From assembly GCA_963833425.1 (NCBI GenBank), contig CAWHXP010000002.1, positions 224,001-288,000 on the forward strand: a DNA stretch of 64,000 nt. Direction: 5' to 3'. Below, in pieces: positions 54,591 to 64,000 of this stretch (within the stretch, counting starts at the first letter, position 1; the number at the start of each line of letters is the position of its first letter). A program made the translations under genes and the position numbers. The notes below the pieces were generated by a model. The model saw nothing but the letters and a program-made list of their open reading frames with translations. It was not told the origin of the DNA and did no database searches. This DNA is from an uncultured Methanosarcinaceae archaeon (GTDB lineage Archaea; Halobacteriota; Methanosarcinia; Methanosarcinales; Methanosarcinaceae).

Positions 54591-54760
54591 CAAAAAAAGC
54601 ATATTTAACCTTTTTGTAACCTTCAATCCTGTAATAAATCTTTAATTTCTCAAGTTGAACGATGAATTGAAAAACTAGTGCGCCGAAAGTTCTGTAAAAT
54701 AAGAAATATAAAAAAAATATTTAAAAGATAAAGTATTATTCGATTCTAATGGTGAAATAA

Positions 54761-55537
54761 ATGCAAGTTGTGATTCTTTGCGGAGGTAAAGGCACGCGTC
54801 TCAGGGAAGAAACTGAGTACCGCCCTAAGCCAATGGTTAGTATCGGCGACCGGCCGATACTGTGGCATATCATGAAAACGTACGCACATTACGGTCACAA
54901 AGATTTCGTCCTGTGCCTTGGTTATAAGGGTGAAATGATCAAGGAATATTTTCTATATTACGAAGCAATGAACAACGACTTTACCATTAACTTGGGAAAC
55001 CGCAAAAAAATCCAGCTACATAATAATCACGATGAATACGATTGGAATGTAACACTTGTCAACACTGGTGAGGAAACGATGACAGGGGCAAGGGTGAAAA
55101 GGATCGAGCGATATATAGTGGGGGACACATTCATGCTGACTTACGGCGATGGTGTGGCTGATATAAACATCGGAAGTCTAGTTAAATATCACGAATTGCA
55201 TGACAAGATTGGCACTATGACTGGAGTATACCTTTCATCGAGATTTGGTGAGATAAGTACCGAGAACAATTTGGTGACCCTATTCAACGAGAAACCCAAG
55301 AGTATGAATGGATTATTCAATGGCGGATATTTCGTCTACAATACAGAATTCTTTGATTACCTATCAAGTGAACCTGACTGTGTGCTGGAAAAAGATCCAC
55401 TTGAAAGTTTGGTTAAAGATAGTCAGTTAATGGTATATCCTCATAAAGGTTTTTGGCAATGTATGGATACCTACAGGGAGTTCGAGCTATTGAATGCTTT
55501 GTGGAAATCTAATCATGCGCCTTGGAAAGTTTGGTGA
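54761..55537 (+). CDS. rfbF: Glucose-1-phosphate cytidylyltransferase
   Basis: ILCGGKGTRLREET..PKPMV.IG.RPILWHIMK, TYGDGV, GFWQCMDT. Confidence 0.95.
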   Translation: MQVVILCGGKGTRLREETEYRPKPMVSIGDRPILWHIMKTYAHYGHKDFVLCLGYKGEMIKEYFLYYEAMNNDFTINLGNRKKIQLHNNHDEYDWNVTLVNTGEETMTGARVKRIERYIVGDTFMLTYGDGVADINIGSLVKYHELHDKIGTMTGVYLSSRFGEISTENNLVTLFNEKPKSMNGLFNGGYFVYNTEFFDYLSSEPDCVLEKDPLESLVKDSQLMVYPHKGFWQCMDTYREFELLNALWKSNHAPWKVW

Positions 55538-55547
55538 GGCATGAAAT

Positions 55548-56519
55548 ATGGTCGACGAATTCTGGAGAGATAGAAATATATTTGTTACAGGGTGTACCGG
55601 ATTACTAGGCTCGTGTCTCACTAGGTTTCTTATTGAACAAAAGGCTAATGTCGTCGGTCTGATAAGAGACTCTGTCCCGAAGTCCAATTTATATGGTCAG
55701 CAGTTGGACAAAGAGATCAATGTGGTCAGAGGTACTGTAGAGAATTATCTGTTAATGGAGCGTGTACTTAATGAATATGAGATCGATACCGTTTTCCACC
55801 TGGCTGCCCAAACTATAGTGACTATCGCGAATAGGAATCCTCTATCTACATTTGGAACTAATATACAAGGTACATGGAATATTCTCGAGGCTTGTAGGAA
55901 GTCACCAACTGTTACAAGGATTGTAACCGCTTCTAGCGATAAGGCATATGGGGATCAGCTACAGCTACCTTATAACGAACAAACGCCGCTTGAGGGGAGA
56001 CATCCTTACGACGTTTCCAAGAGCTGCTCGGACCTTATATGTAGGGCTTACTACGAGACCTACAGGCTGCCAGTCTGTGTTACGAGATGTGGTAATTTTT
56101 ACGGTGGCGGAGATCTCAATTTTAATAGGATCGTGCCCGGTACTATCCGTTCAATCATAAAAAGTGAAGCTCCAGTCATCAGAGGGACTGGAAAATTCAT
56201 CCGTGATTACTTCTATATCGAAGACGGCGCCACGGCCTACCTGACTCTAGCGGAAAAGATGGAAGATCAGCGGGTCCGAGGTGAAGCATTTAACTTCAGT
56301 AATGAACTTCAAATCTCAGTACTCGATATAGTCAACAAGGTAATCGAGATGATGGACAGTGACTTGGAACCTGTTGTGTTGGGCCAGGCCTCCAACGAGA
56401 TAGAGCACCAGTACCTTTCGGCTGAAAAAGCGAGAAAGTTGCTGGGTTGGAAGCCACATTATACACTCGATGAGGGCCTGACCAGGACAATAGCCTGGTA
56501 CAGAAAGTTTTTCGAGTGA
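55548..56519 (+). CDS. CDP-glucose 4,6-dehydratase-like extended SDR
   Basis: FW....[39 protein letters not shown]; follows rfbF. Confidence 0.8.
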   Translation: MVDEFWRDRNIFVTGCTGLLGSCLTRFLIEQKANVVGLIRDSVPKSNLYGQQLDKEINVVRGTVENYLLMERVLNEYEIDTVFHLAAQTIVTIANRNPLSTFGTNIQGTWNILEACRKSPTVTRIVTASSDKAYGDQLQLPYNEQTPLEGRHPYDVSKSCSDLICRAYYETYRLPVCVTRCGNFYGGGDLNFNRIVPGTIRSIIKSEAPVIRGTGKFIRDYFYIEDGATAYLTLAEKMEDQRVRGEAFNFSNELQISVLDIVNKVIEMMDSDLEPVVLGQASNEIEHQYLSAEKARKLLGWKPHYTLDEGLTRTIAWYRKFFE

Positions 56520-56522
56520 CAT

Positions 56523-57476
56523 TTGATGGAGTTCGATATGAGTGGTAAGAAGCTAATAAGCATCGTCATACCGGCATACAACGAGGAGGAGGTGCTGGAC
56601 GAGCTAAAGAACAGGATCCAGTCGATGATGGATTGCAATCACAGGTACGACTTCGAGATCATCATCGTCGATAACGGCTCTTTCGACTCGACGTATGACA
56701 AACTGCTCAAAATACACACCGAAGATAGTCGTTTCAAGATCTTGCAGCTGTCACGCAACTTCCGGTGCGACGGTGGAATAACTGCCGGGTTACAGTACGT
56801 TCGGGGCGTCGCAGCGGTCATCATGATGGCCGATTTACAGGATCCACCAGAGCTGATTCCCAAATTCCTCGAAAAATGGGAAGAAGGCTATGACATCGTT
56901 TACACCCTGGTCCTCAAAAGGAATGGAACCGGGATATCGAGGAGATTCTTCTCCCGACTTTTCTACAAGATAATCAGAGTGCTTACTGGCGGAATCATCC
57001 CAGAAAATGCCAGTGATTTCCGGCTTATCGATCGAAGGGTGTACGAAACGGTCAACCAGATGAACGAACGAAATCGGATGCTCAGGGGCATCATTGCGTG
57101 GGTTGGCTTCAGGCAGTACGCGATCGGCTATCAACGACCCCCCCGGTTCGGTGGTGAGTCCAAGGCGGACTTCATGCAGGTTTTAAAGCTGGCGTTAGAT
57201 GGCATTTTCTCGTTCTCCTACATTCCGCTCAAGCTGACCACCTATCTCGGTTTAATCATTTCAGTTCTATCCTTCATCATGATCATTGTTGAGCTAGAGC
57301 TGTTTTTTCAATATGGGAGGGAGGTTCCAGGGTTCACGACACTCGTCATCTTGATACTGTTCCTGTTCGGCATGCTGTTCATGGTCATGGGAATCATTGG
57401 AGAATACATAGCCCGGATTTATGATGAAGTAAAGCAGAGACCGAATTACGTAGTAAAAAAGGAGATCGGATTCTAG
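56523..57476 (+). CDS. GtrB-like polyprenyl-phosphate glycosyltransferase (GT2 with two C-terminal TMs)
   Basis: SIVIPAYNEE, VDNGS.D, SRNF, ADLQDPPE, DFRLIDR, GEYIARIY.EVK.RP.Y. Confidence 0.9.
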   Translation: MMEFDMSGKKLISIVIPAYNEEEVLDELKNRIQSMMDCNHRYDFEIIIVDNGSFDSTYDKLLKIHTEDSRFKILQLSRNFRCDGGITAGLQYVRGVAAVIMMADLQDPPELIPKFLEKWEEGYDIVYTLVLKRNGTGISRRFFSRLFYKIIRVLTGGIIPENASDFRLIDRRVYETVNQMNERNRMLRGIIAWVGFRQYAIGYQRPPRFGGESKADFMQVLKLALDGIFSFSYIPLKLTTYLGLIISVLSFIMIIVELELFFQYGREVPGFTTLVILILFLFGMLFMVMGIIGEYIARIYDEVKQRPNYVVKKEIGF

Positions 57477-57503
57477 GGGCCCATAAAAAATCGAGGGTAG
57501 ATA

Positions 57504-58466
57504 ATGGAAACAAGGAAAATCATCATCACTGGCTCCACAGGCTTCGTCGGTTCTAACCTCGCCCGCTACTTTGTCGAGCAAAATAACGAAGTCCACCTGC
57601 TGTTGAGGTCTTCCTCCGATACATGGAGGATTGCCGACATTATGGGCGACATCAGTGCGCATGAAGTCGATTTGACCGCGCCCGTGCAACTGGAACGAGT
57701 CATGACATATGTCAAGCCGGATATCATCCTGCACACCGCCGTCTACGGTGGCCATCCACTCCAGAACGATATCTACAAAGTCTTCGACTCTAATCTCAAT
57801 GGGACTATTAATCTGGTGAAAGCTTGCAAGAGCTTTGATTATGAGCTTTTCATTAACACCGGGTCTTCCTCCGAATACGGAACTAAGAGACAGCCTGTGG
57901 TAGAGACGGAGGTTTGCGAGCCCGGTGAAGACTATGGAGTGTCAAAGATTGCCGCTTCCCTGTACTGTCAAATGGCTGCCCGACGGGATCGGAAACCGAT
58001 CATTACCTTCCGGCTGTTCTCACCCTACGGGAGCTACGATGATGCCACACGCCTAATTCCTTCGGTCATCATCTCCTGCCTCAACGGGCGCTCGCCCAAG
58101 GTATCGTCTCCAATTTTCGTGCGGGATTACATTTACATCCGCGACATCGTCAGCGCATACGAAAAAGCTATCCAGAAGTCCCACCTGCAGAATCCTGGAG
58201 AAATATTCAACGTCGGTTCAGGCAAACAGCAAACAGTCGGAGATGTAGTGCAAAATATAATACAGCTGGTAGATAAAAACATACAGTCCGAATGGGGAAA
58301 TCCAGGCAAGCGGCAGAACGAGCCCCGTGTATGGCAGGCTGACATTAGCAAGGCGGAAAGATCATTGGGCTGGAAGCCCCGGTATTCGATAGATCACGGC
58401 CTGAGCGAAACAGTGGAATGGTTCAGGAAAAACGTCGGACTATACGAAGGTAAGAGGTTCTTATGA
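57504..58466 (+). CDS. NAD(P)-dependent nucleotide-sugar reductase/epimerase (extended SDR)
   Basis: ITGSTGFVG, GSSSEYG, YGVSK, RLFSPYG. Confidence 0.85.
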   Translation: METRKIIITGSTGFVGSNLARYFVEQNNEVHLLLRSSSDTWRIADIMGDISAHEVDLTAPVQLERVMTYVKPDIILHTAVYGGHPLQNDIYKVFDSNLNGTINLVKACKSFDYELFINTGSSSEYGTKRQPVVETEVCEPGEDYGVSKIAASLYCQMAARRDRKPIITFRLFSPYGSYDDATRLIPSVIISCLNGRSPKVSSPIFVRDYIYIRDIVSAYEKAIQKSHLQNPGEIFNVGSGKQQTVGDVVQNIIQLVDKNIQSEWGNPGKRQNEPRVWQADISKAERSLGWKPRYSIDHGLSETVEWFRKNVGLYEGKRFL

Positions 58467-60211
58467 AACTATCAGACTACGTGATCGACTTTCTCGTCAG
58501 CAAAGGAGTGACCCATGTTTTTGATGTGGCCGGAGGCTCAATAACTCATCTGCTCGATTCCCTCTACGACCGGAAGGATATCCAGACGGTGTGCATGCAC
58601 CACGAGCAGTCTGCATCCTTCGCAGCCGAAGGTTACGCGCGGATTAGCGGGAAGCCAGGCGTGGCTATGGCCACAAGCGGACCCGGGGCCACCAACCTGA
58701 TCACTGGCATAGGCAGTTGCTTCTTCGACTCGGTACCTGCATTATTCATTACCGGGCAAGTGAACACGTACGAGTTCAAGTTTGACAGGCCCGTAAGGCA
58801 AGTTGGTTTCCAGGAGACCGACATTATCAGCATAGTCAAACCTATAGTCAAGGACGCTTTGTTGATGATCGACGAGACTAAAATTAGGTACGAGCTAGAA
58901 CGGCTCTTTGACGTCGCATGCAGCGGGCGTCCCGGTCCGGTTCTGATTGATCTGCCCATGAATATCCAGAGGGCTGATATCAATCCTTCAGAGCAGACAA
59001 CGTATGAAAGGACACGCTTAGAGTCGGACAAGTTCAGCGACGAAGTTATCGATAAAATTTTCACTTTAATTCAACATTCAAAGAGACCTGTAGTACTAAT
59101 AGGGGGTGGGATAAGGCTTTCTGGAGCTACCGAAGAACTATATTGTTTTTCGCAAAAGACTGGCATTCCAGTTGCATCTTCCCTTATGGGACTTGATGCT
59201 TTCCCTCACGATAACGAGCTATACGTCGGCATGATCGGTACCTACGGAAACCGGTATGCTAACCTTACATTGGCGAATTCGGACCTGGTAATTGCCCTGG
59301 GCACACGGCTGGACACCAGGCAAACCGGCACAAATCCCGATTCATTCGCTCGTTATGCCACGATCGTACATGTCGACATCGATCCGTCGGAGCTTAATAG
59401 CAAGATTAAGGCTGACATCGCGATCAATTGCGATGTCTTAAAATTTTTAGTTAAGCTCAACAACTGGCCTCTAATGTGCAAAAATGTTTCGTTGTGGATG
59501 GCCAGTATAAAGCAATATAAGATCCGGTACCCGGACTATGTGAAACCAGATAGCAATAAGATCTCTCCAAACTATTTCATACATGAGCTGTCCGGATATT
59601 TGCCGGAAGACGCTATCCTGTGCGTTGACATCGGCCAGAACCAAATGTGGTCGGCCCAGTCAATTGTTTTGAAGAAGGGACAGCGATTGCTTACCGAGGG
59701 GGGTATGGCTTCCATGGGTTCTGCGCTGCCTATGGCCATCGGGGCTTCGTTCGCTTGTCCTGGCCGGCAGATCGTAATCATCACCGGAGACGGCGGGTTC
59801 CAGCTGAACACGCAGGAGCTGCAGACGGTGTACCATCACGATTTACCCATTAAGATAATTTTGCTGAATAACCAGAGCTATGGCATGATCCGCCAGTTCC
59901 AGGATCAGTATTTCGATGGTAGGTACCAGTCGACTGTCGTCGGGTACAGTTGTCCAGACTTTCAGAAAGTAGTAGCAGCGTACTCCATACCGGTAGCCAG
60001 AGCAGTGGCCGTCAGAAATGTAACGAAAGGGCTGAAATGGCTTTTCGAGGATAAGAAACCTAAATTCTTCGAAGTGCTCATTAGCGACAAGTCGGTTGTC
60101 ACGCCCAAACTGGCTGTTAACAAGCCGATTGAGGAGCAAGACCCTCCCCTGTCCCCTGATGAGCTTAGGTCAAATATGGTCACCAGCATCCAGGATAATG
60201 AAAAAGTTTAG
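58463..60211 (+). CDS. ThDP-dependent acetolactate-synthase-like enzyme in a sugar cluster (YerE-like candidate)
   Basis: HHEQ.A.FAAEGYAR, TSGPGATN, GRPGPV.IDLP, ThDP motif GDGG..NN; no AHAS small subunit nearby. Confidence 0.8.
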   Translation: MKLSDYVIDFLVSKGVTHVFDVAGGSITHLLDSLYDRKDIQTVCMHHEQSASFAAEGYARISGKPGVAMATSGPGATNLITGIGSCFFDSVPALFITGQVNTYEFKFDRPVRQVGFQETDIISIVKPIVKDALLMIDETKIRYELERLFDVACSGRPGPVLIDLPMNIQRADINPSEQTTYERTRLESDKFSDEVIDKIFTLIQHSKRPVVLIGGGIRLSGATEELYCFSQKTGIPVASSLMGLDAFPHDNELYVGMIGTYGNRYANLTLANSDLVIALGTRLDTRQTGTNPDSFARYATIVHVDIDPSELNSKIKADIAINCDVLKFLVKLNNWPLMCKNVSLWMASIKQYKIRYPDYVKPDSNKISPNYFIHELSGYLPEDAILCVDIGQNQMWSAQSIVLKKGQRLLTEGGMASMGSALPMAIGASFACPGRQIVIITGDGGFQLNTQELQTVYHHDLPIKIILLNNQSYGMIRQFQDQYFDGRYQSTVVGYSCPDFQKVVAAYSIPVARAVAVRNVTKGLKWLFEDKKPKFFEVLISDKSVVTPKLAVNKPIEEQDPPLSPDELRSNMVTSIQDNEKV

Positions 60212-60220
60212 CAGGCTAAC

Positions 60221-60673
60221 ATGGCATCATTTGATAACACCAAGATCCAATTGGTTACCGGGCCTATCACCAGCTCAGAGGAGGCCAGGCGCATATTTAA
60301 GTTCATCTGTGTCGGTATGATGAACACCGTCATAGGATACGGCGCTTTCTTTATATTGTTGTTTTTTCTAAACTATCTGGTCGCCCTAGTCGTGGCACAC
60401 TTTATCGGCGTCACTAACAGCTATCTATGGAACAAGTATTGGACGTTCCAAGTGAAAAAATTCCGGCTGGCTGAACTTGTCAAGTTCAACGTCGTTTACC
60501 TGCTCGTGCTCGGAGCTAACATGCTAATACTGTATATCGCCGTGGAATTACTGGCCGTCGATCCCAGGCTCGGGCAATTGATCGTGCTACCACTGATAAC
60601 GCTATTGAGCTATTTTGGCCACAAGTACTGGAGCTTCCATGGTGCAAAATCAGTCACTGGCCGTGAGGCATGA
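60221..60673 (+). CDS. GtrA-family 4-TM flippase-like protein
   Basis: KFICVG..NT, NSYLWNKYWTF, SYFGHKYWSF. Confidence 0.9.
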   Translation: MASFDNTKIQLVTGPITSSEEARRIFKFICVGMMNTVIGYGAFFILLFFLNYLVALVVAHFIGVTNSYLWNKYWTFQVKKFRLAELVKFNVVYLLVLGANMLILYIAVELLAVDPRLGQLIVLPLITLLSYFGHKYWSFHGAKSVTGREA

Positions 60674-62001
60674 AGGTCAGGACGGTGGATCAAATGGGCG
60701 AAGATGAATTAAGGAATGAGATACTGGAAAAGGTAAAGCAGTACTATCGACAGAAGAAGGAAAGTCGGTTCGTCCCGGGCCAGTCTATGGTCAACTACGC
60801 TGGCAGGGTCTACGATGAAGAGGAAATGACGCTGCTTGTGGACGCTTCGCTGGATTTCTGGCTGACCGCCGGTCGCTACTCAAAGCATTTTGAAACTGAG
60901 TTCGCAGAATTTATGGGTGTGAAGCATTGTTTGCTAACGAACTCCGGATCTTCGGCCAACCTGCTTGCAATATCCGCTTTGACTTCTCCGAAGCTTGGAG
61001 TGAGAAGGCTCAATCCCGAAGACGAAATCATTACAACTGCGTGTGGCTTCCCCACTACGCTCAATCCCATTCTCCAAAACAATCTAATTCCTGTGTTCAT
61101 AGATGTGGAGCTGGGCACGTACAACATCCGGACGGATCTCCTTGAAGATGCAATTACTGATAAAACTAAAGCGATTTTTATTCCCCACACCCTTGGCAAC
61201 CCGGCTGATCTCAGTACCATCACAGAGATAGCACAGGATCACGGCCTCTGGCTCATCGAGGACAACTGTGATGCTCTGGGCTCACAGTATGAAGGGAAAT
61301 ACACTGGCACATTTGGCGATATGTCCACGTTTAGCTTCTACCCAGCTCACCACATGACCATGGGCGAAGGCGGAGCAGTATTGACTAACGATCAAAATCT
61401 AAAGAAAATAATTATGTCCTTCCGGGATTGGGGGAGGGATTGCTGGTGTGACACTGGACAGGACAACAGCTGTCATAAACGTTTCTCTTGGCAGTTGGGG
61501 CAGCTGCCTTATGGCTACGATCACAAATACACCTACTCCCACGTTGGGTATAACCTCAAGGTGACCGACATGCAGGCGGCCGTTGGAGTCGCACAGCTCA
61601 AAAAGCTACCCCAATTCATCGAAAAACGAAAGAGAAACTTCCGGATATTATTCGAAGGCCTTAGAACCTATGAAAAACACTTGATGTTGCCGTCTGCGAC
61701 ACAAAATTCGAATCCTTGCTGGTTTGGGTTCCCGATCCTGATTCGGGAAAATATGCAGTTTACCCGTAAGGATCTGGTGGACTATCTCGAGAGTAATAAA
61801 ATAGCAACTAGAATGTTGTTCGGAGGGAACTTGTTGAAGCAACCGGCTTATGCAGGGATTAAATACCGGATTGTTGGTGGCCTGAACAACACAAATTTGG
61901 TCGTGGATGATCTGTTCTGGATCGGAGTATATCCGGGACTGACCGGAGAAATGATCGATTATATTCTCTCGAAGTTCAGGAGCTTTATGGGAGGATACTA
62001 A
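60670..62001 (+). CDS. rfbH: CDP-4-keto-6-deoxyglucose 3-dehydrase (E1/DdhC-like)
   Basis: NSGSSANL, FPTT.NP, EDNCDALG, SFYPAHHMTMGEGG (His at the usual Lys site), RDWGRDCWC..C Fe-S segment, YDHKY. Confidence 0.9.
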   Translation: MKVRTVDQMGEDELRNEILEKVKQYYRQKKESRFVPGQSMVNYAGRVYDEEEMTLLVDASLDFWLTAGRYSKHFETEFAEFMGVKHCLLTNSGSSANLLAISALTSPKLGVRRLNPEDEIITTACGFPTTLNPILQNNLIPVFIDVELGTYNIRTDLLEDAITDKTKAIFIPHTLGNPADLSTITEIAQDHGLWLIEDNCDALGSQYEGKYTGTFGDMSTFSFYPAHHMTMGEGGAVLTNDQNLKKIIMSFRDWGRDCWCDTGQDNSCHKRFSWQLGQLPYGYDHKYTYSHVGYNLKVTDMQAAVGVAQLKKLPQFIEKRKRNFRILFEGLRTYEKHLMLPSATQNSNPCWFGFPILIRENMQFTRKDLVDYLESNKIATRMLFGGNLLKQPAYAGIKYRIVGGLNNTNLVVDDLFWIGVYPGLTGEMIDYILSKFRSFMGGY

Positions 62002-62003
62002 TT

Positions 62004-63653
62004 TCACCCTATTTTTACATATACAAGTTTTACGATGTTTCCGATATTCTGGTTGAAACTGTTGCAATCGAAGCGCTCCTCGAGCATTAGTCTGAAAAGG
62101 TTATCGAGGCTAGAAAGGCTAGCGTAAAATTGGCCGTAATCTATATCATAGCTTCCCTTATCTATAATGACCAAGTACTGTGGGCTTCTTTCGACGTAAT
62201 CCCTATTCTTTAAGGAAAATAATACACCATTGTAGATATATTTCTTTAAAATCTGGTAATTTGAGATGTTCATAGAATGAGGAAGAGGTTCGGAGCCAAA
62301 GCGCGTCTCGTCATTGAACACATGTACCATCATGCCCAGATATTCAAAATAGACGTAATTGCGGTACCTAGCATTCAAGTCACGAGCATCGTCGATGAAT
62401 AAAAATGCGGTATTGTTCTTCATGACGCTGCTAGATTTGAACTGGTCCATCAAAGACAATTGTTTATAGTCATCCTTCTGACACTCCAGATAGTTCGACA
62501 TGCAGGAGCATATGCAAAATACGATGACAATGGACAGTAGAATAATTTTAATTGTCCGATTTAGTTTAAGCAGATCGGTCACTATGTTGAATCCAAAGTA
62601 CAACACGAAGCTAAATCCTAGAGGTAGTAGAAGCTCGTGTCTGCTATCCCAGTTATAATATCCGGGAATTTTCCCGACGGCCAGGTAAGGGAATAATCCT
62701 ATCAGAAACAAAATGATTCCGGTTAGGAAATATTTCGTATCCTTACTGCTTTGATTATGATTGTCCACGCTCCTGATCAGCATATACGTAGGTGGTAACA
62801 ATAAAATTATGAAAAGCCCTAGGATCAATAAGGTTTCCCGCGAAATAATTGATAATTCCACAAGCAGGTTAAATATCGCATAGACGATGTAAAAGGGCAA
62901 CTTGATCAGGTTTAGGACTGTAATGGAGTTGTAATCCCTATACATGCCATGGGGCTGGAAAAAGATGGTCCTTAGTACCCAGAACAACAACGGCATAATA
63001 ATAAAATCGACATACCTGCCAGAGAGCCTGAAAATCGACGTCCAAGATATATGTTTGAGCTCCTTGTATCCAATATACAGTAATACGACCGAGTAGAATA
63101 CCAGGAACGAATTGGTAAAGAACGATAAGAATAGGAATATCAGCGCTGCAATCCTGAGAATAATCTTCCCCTGCGTGAGATACCTTGATGTAAGCCACAG
63201 ACCGAGGAAGTAGAAAAAATAGCATAGTGCGTATTGAGAGACAGAAATCGCAATCCTAAAACCGTTTAAAGGTATTATTGCGAATAGGAGGACCAACATG
63301 AGCCTTGATGTGTGGTCGATATCGTTTATCGATTTCATTGTCTCGTTTAGCAGTAATGCTGATAACAAGAAGGCGAGAAACACCAGTAACCTGAAAATGA
63401 AAACACTGTTGCTCAGCGAAAATATAAGGTTAAAATAGTGCCCTAGAAAGATGTTGCCAAATTGGTAGAAATTATCAAGCATAATGTTTTTGTCCAAGTC
63501 GATGTATAACCAATCGTCAAGGAAAATTCCGTTGTTCAATAGCATTAAAAAATGAGCAAACGTGTAAATAATGGTTATTATGCTAATATCGCTTTTTAGT
63601 AAACTTGTTAACGAAAAGTTAATTTTTTTATTTGCGTTTAATGAAGGGCTCAT
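62004..63653 (-). CDS. Polytopic membrane glycosyltransferase, GT-C/GtrC-like
   Basis: DDW after the first TM, ~11-12 TMs, SRH motif, soluble C-tail; converges on rfbH with a 2-nt gap. Confidence 0.65.
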   Translation of the reverse strand: MSPSLNANKKINFSLTSLLKSDISIITIIYTFAHFLMLLNNGIFLDDWLYIDLDKNIMLDNFYQFGNIFLGHYFNLIFSLSNSVFIFRLLVFLAFLLSALLLNETMKSINDIDHTSRLMLVLLFAIIPLNGFRIAISVSQYALCYFFYFLGLWLTSRYLTQGKIILRIAALIFLFLSFFTNSFLVFYSVVLLYIGYKELKHISWTSIFRLSGRYVDFIIMPLLFWVLRTIFFQPHGMYRDYNSITVLNLIKLPFYIVYAIFNLLVELSIISRETLLILGLFIILLLPPTYMLIRSVDNHNQSSKDTKYFLTGIILFLIGLFPYLAVGKIPGYYNWDSRHELLLPLGFSFVLYFGFNIVTDLLKLNRTIKIILLSIVIVFCICSCMSNYLECQKDDYKQLSLMDQFKSSSVMKNNTAFLFIDDARDLNARYRNYVYFEYLGMMVHVFNDETRFGSEPLPHSMNISNYQILKKYIYNGVLFSLKNRDYVERSPQYLVIIDKGSYDIDYGQFYASLSSLDNLFRLMLEERFDCNSFNQNIGNIVKLVYVKIG

Positions 63654-63689
63654 TACAGTAAATGTAAACTGATTAAGTTATAAAATGGT

Positions 63690-64000
63690 TTTCGTCAATG
63701 GATACCAAAAAATGGTAAGTCTATACTTTAGATATAATCTTCATAGCATAATAGGTAGAGATTATGAGCTGCTCAGAAGATTCAAAACAACGACTACATT
63801 ACTTCATGATTTGTCAGATAAATTTCTCAAAAAAATGAAGTTTTTTATGTGGATGGATGATACTTTGAAGCAAAGTCAATGATGTAACAACGAAAAAAAA
63901 CAGTAAATAACTTCCTCTGGAAACAAGTGATATATTAAGAAACAAGAAGCTTAGCTTAAAACAGTTCCTAGGAACTAATTTATGCAGTAACTAAAAGATA
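63690..64000 (+). pseudogene. Heavily decayed IS5 transposase fragment
   Basis: YNLHSIIGRDYELLRRFKTTT..LHD matches YKLHNIIDRDYELIRRFKTTTASVHD at ~33830-33910. Confidence 0.8.

Noticed and set aside
1..64000. CRISPR array, rRNA, provirus or integrase
   Set aside because: I saw no regularly spaced repeats, rRNA-like sequence, viral genes or recombinase, and noticed no duplicated tRNA 3' end (att site).

Overview
This is an AT-rich archaeal window. The gene content (methanogenesis marker 2, cobA-hemD-ahbC, methanoredoxin plus ferredoxin:disulfide reductase, cooS/cooF, trm1, DUF2110) points to a Methanosarcina-type methanogen. Core genes are mixed with accessory ones: a GC-rich secreted multicopper oxidase, a secreted Gly/His-rich protein, a Cache-domain pentameric ligand-gated-channel homologue, a PadR-MFS-methyltransferase unit, a dTDP-rhamnose operon, and a GC-rich CDP-3,6-dideoxy/branched-sugar cassette with GtrABC-type transfer genes. 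Mobile DNA comprises two 855-bp IS6 copies, a decayed IS5 with derived MITEs, and several other miniature inverted-repeat families. RNA genes are one intact tRNA-Arg(TCT) and one degenerate tRNA-Leu(TAA). The most striking observation concerns the otherwise intact leuA frame, which has no usable ATG/GTG/TTG before its catalytic DTTLRDGEQ motif. Instead, a promoter-proximal 18-codon ORF overlaps it in another frame. The only Leu codon of that ORF lies in a TTT-TTA-C site within a hairpin loop, and a +1 slip there enters LeuA. This is a candidate leucine-sensing frameshift switch. All calls are by eye from the sequence and the ORF track; no searches were run.
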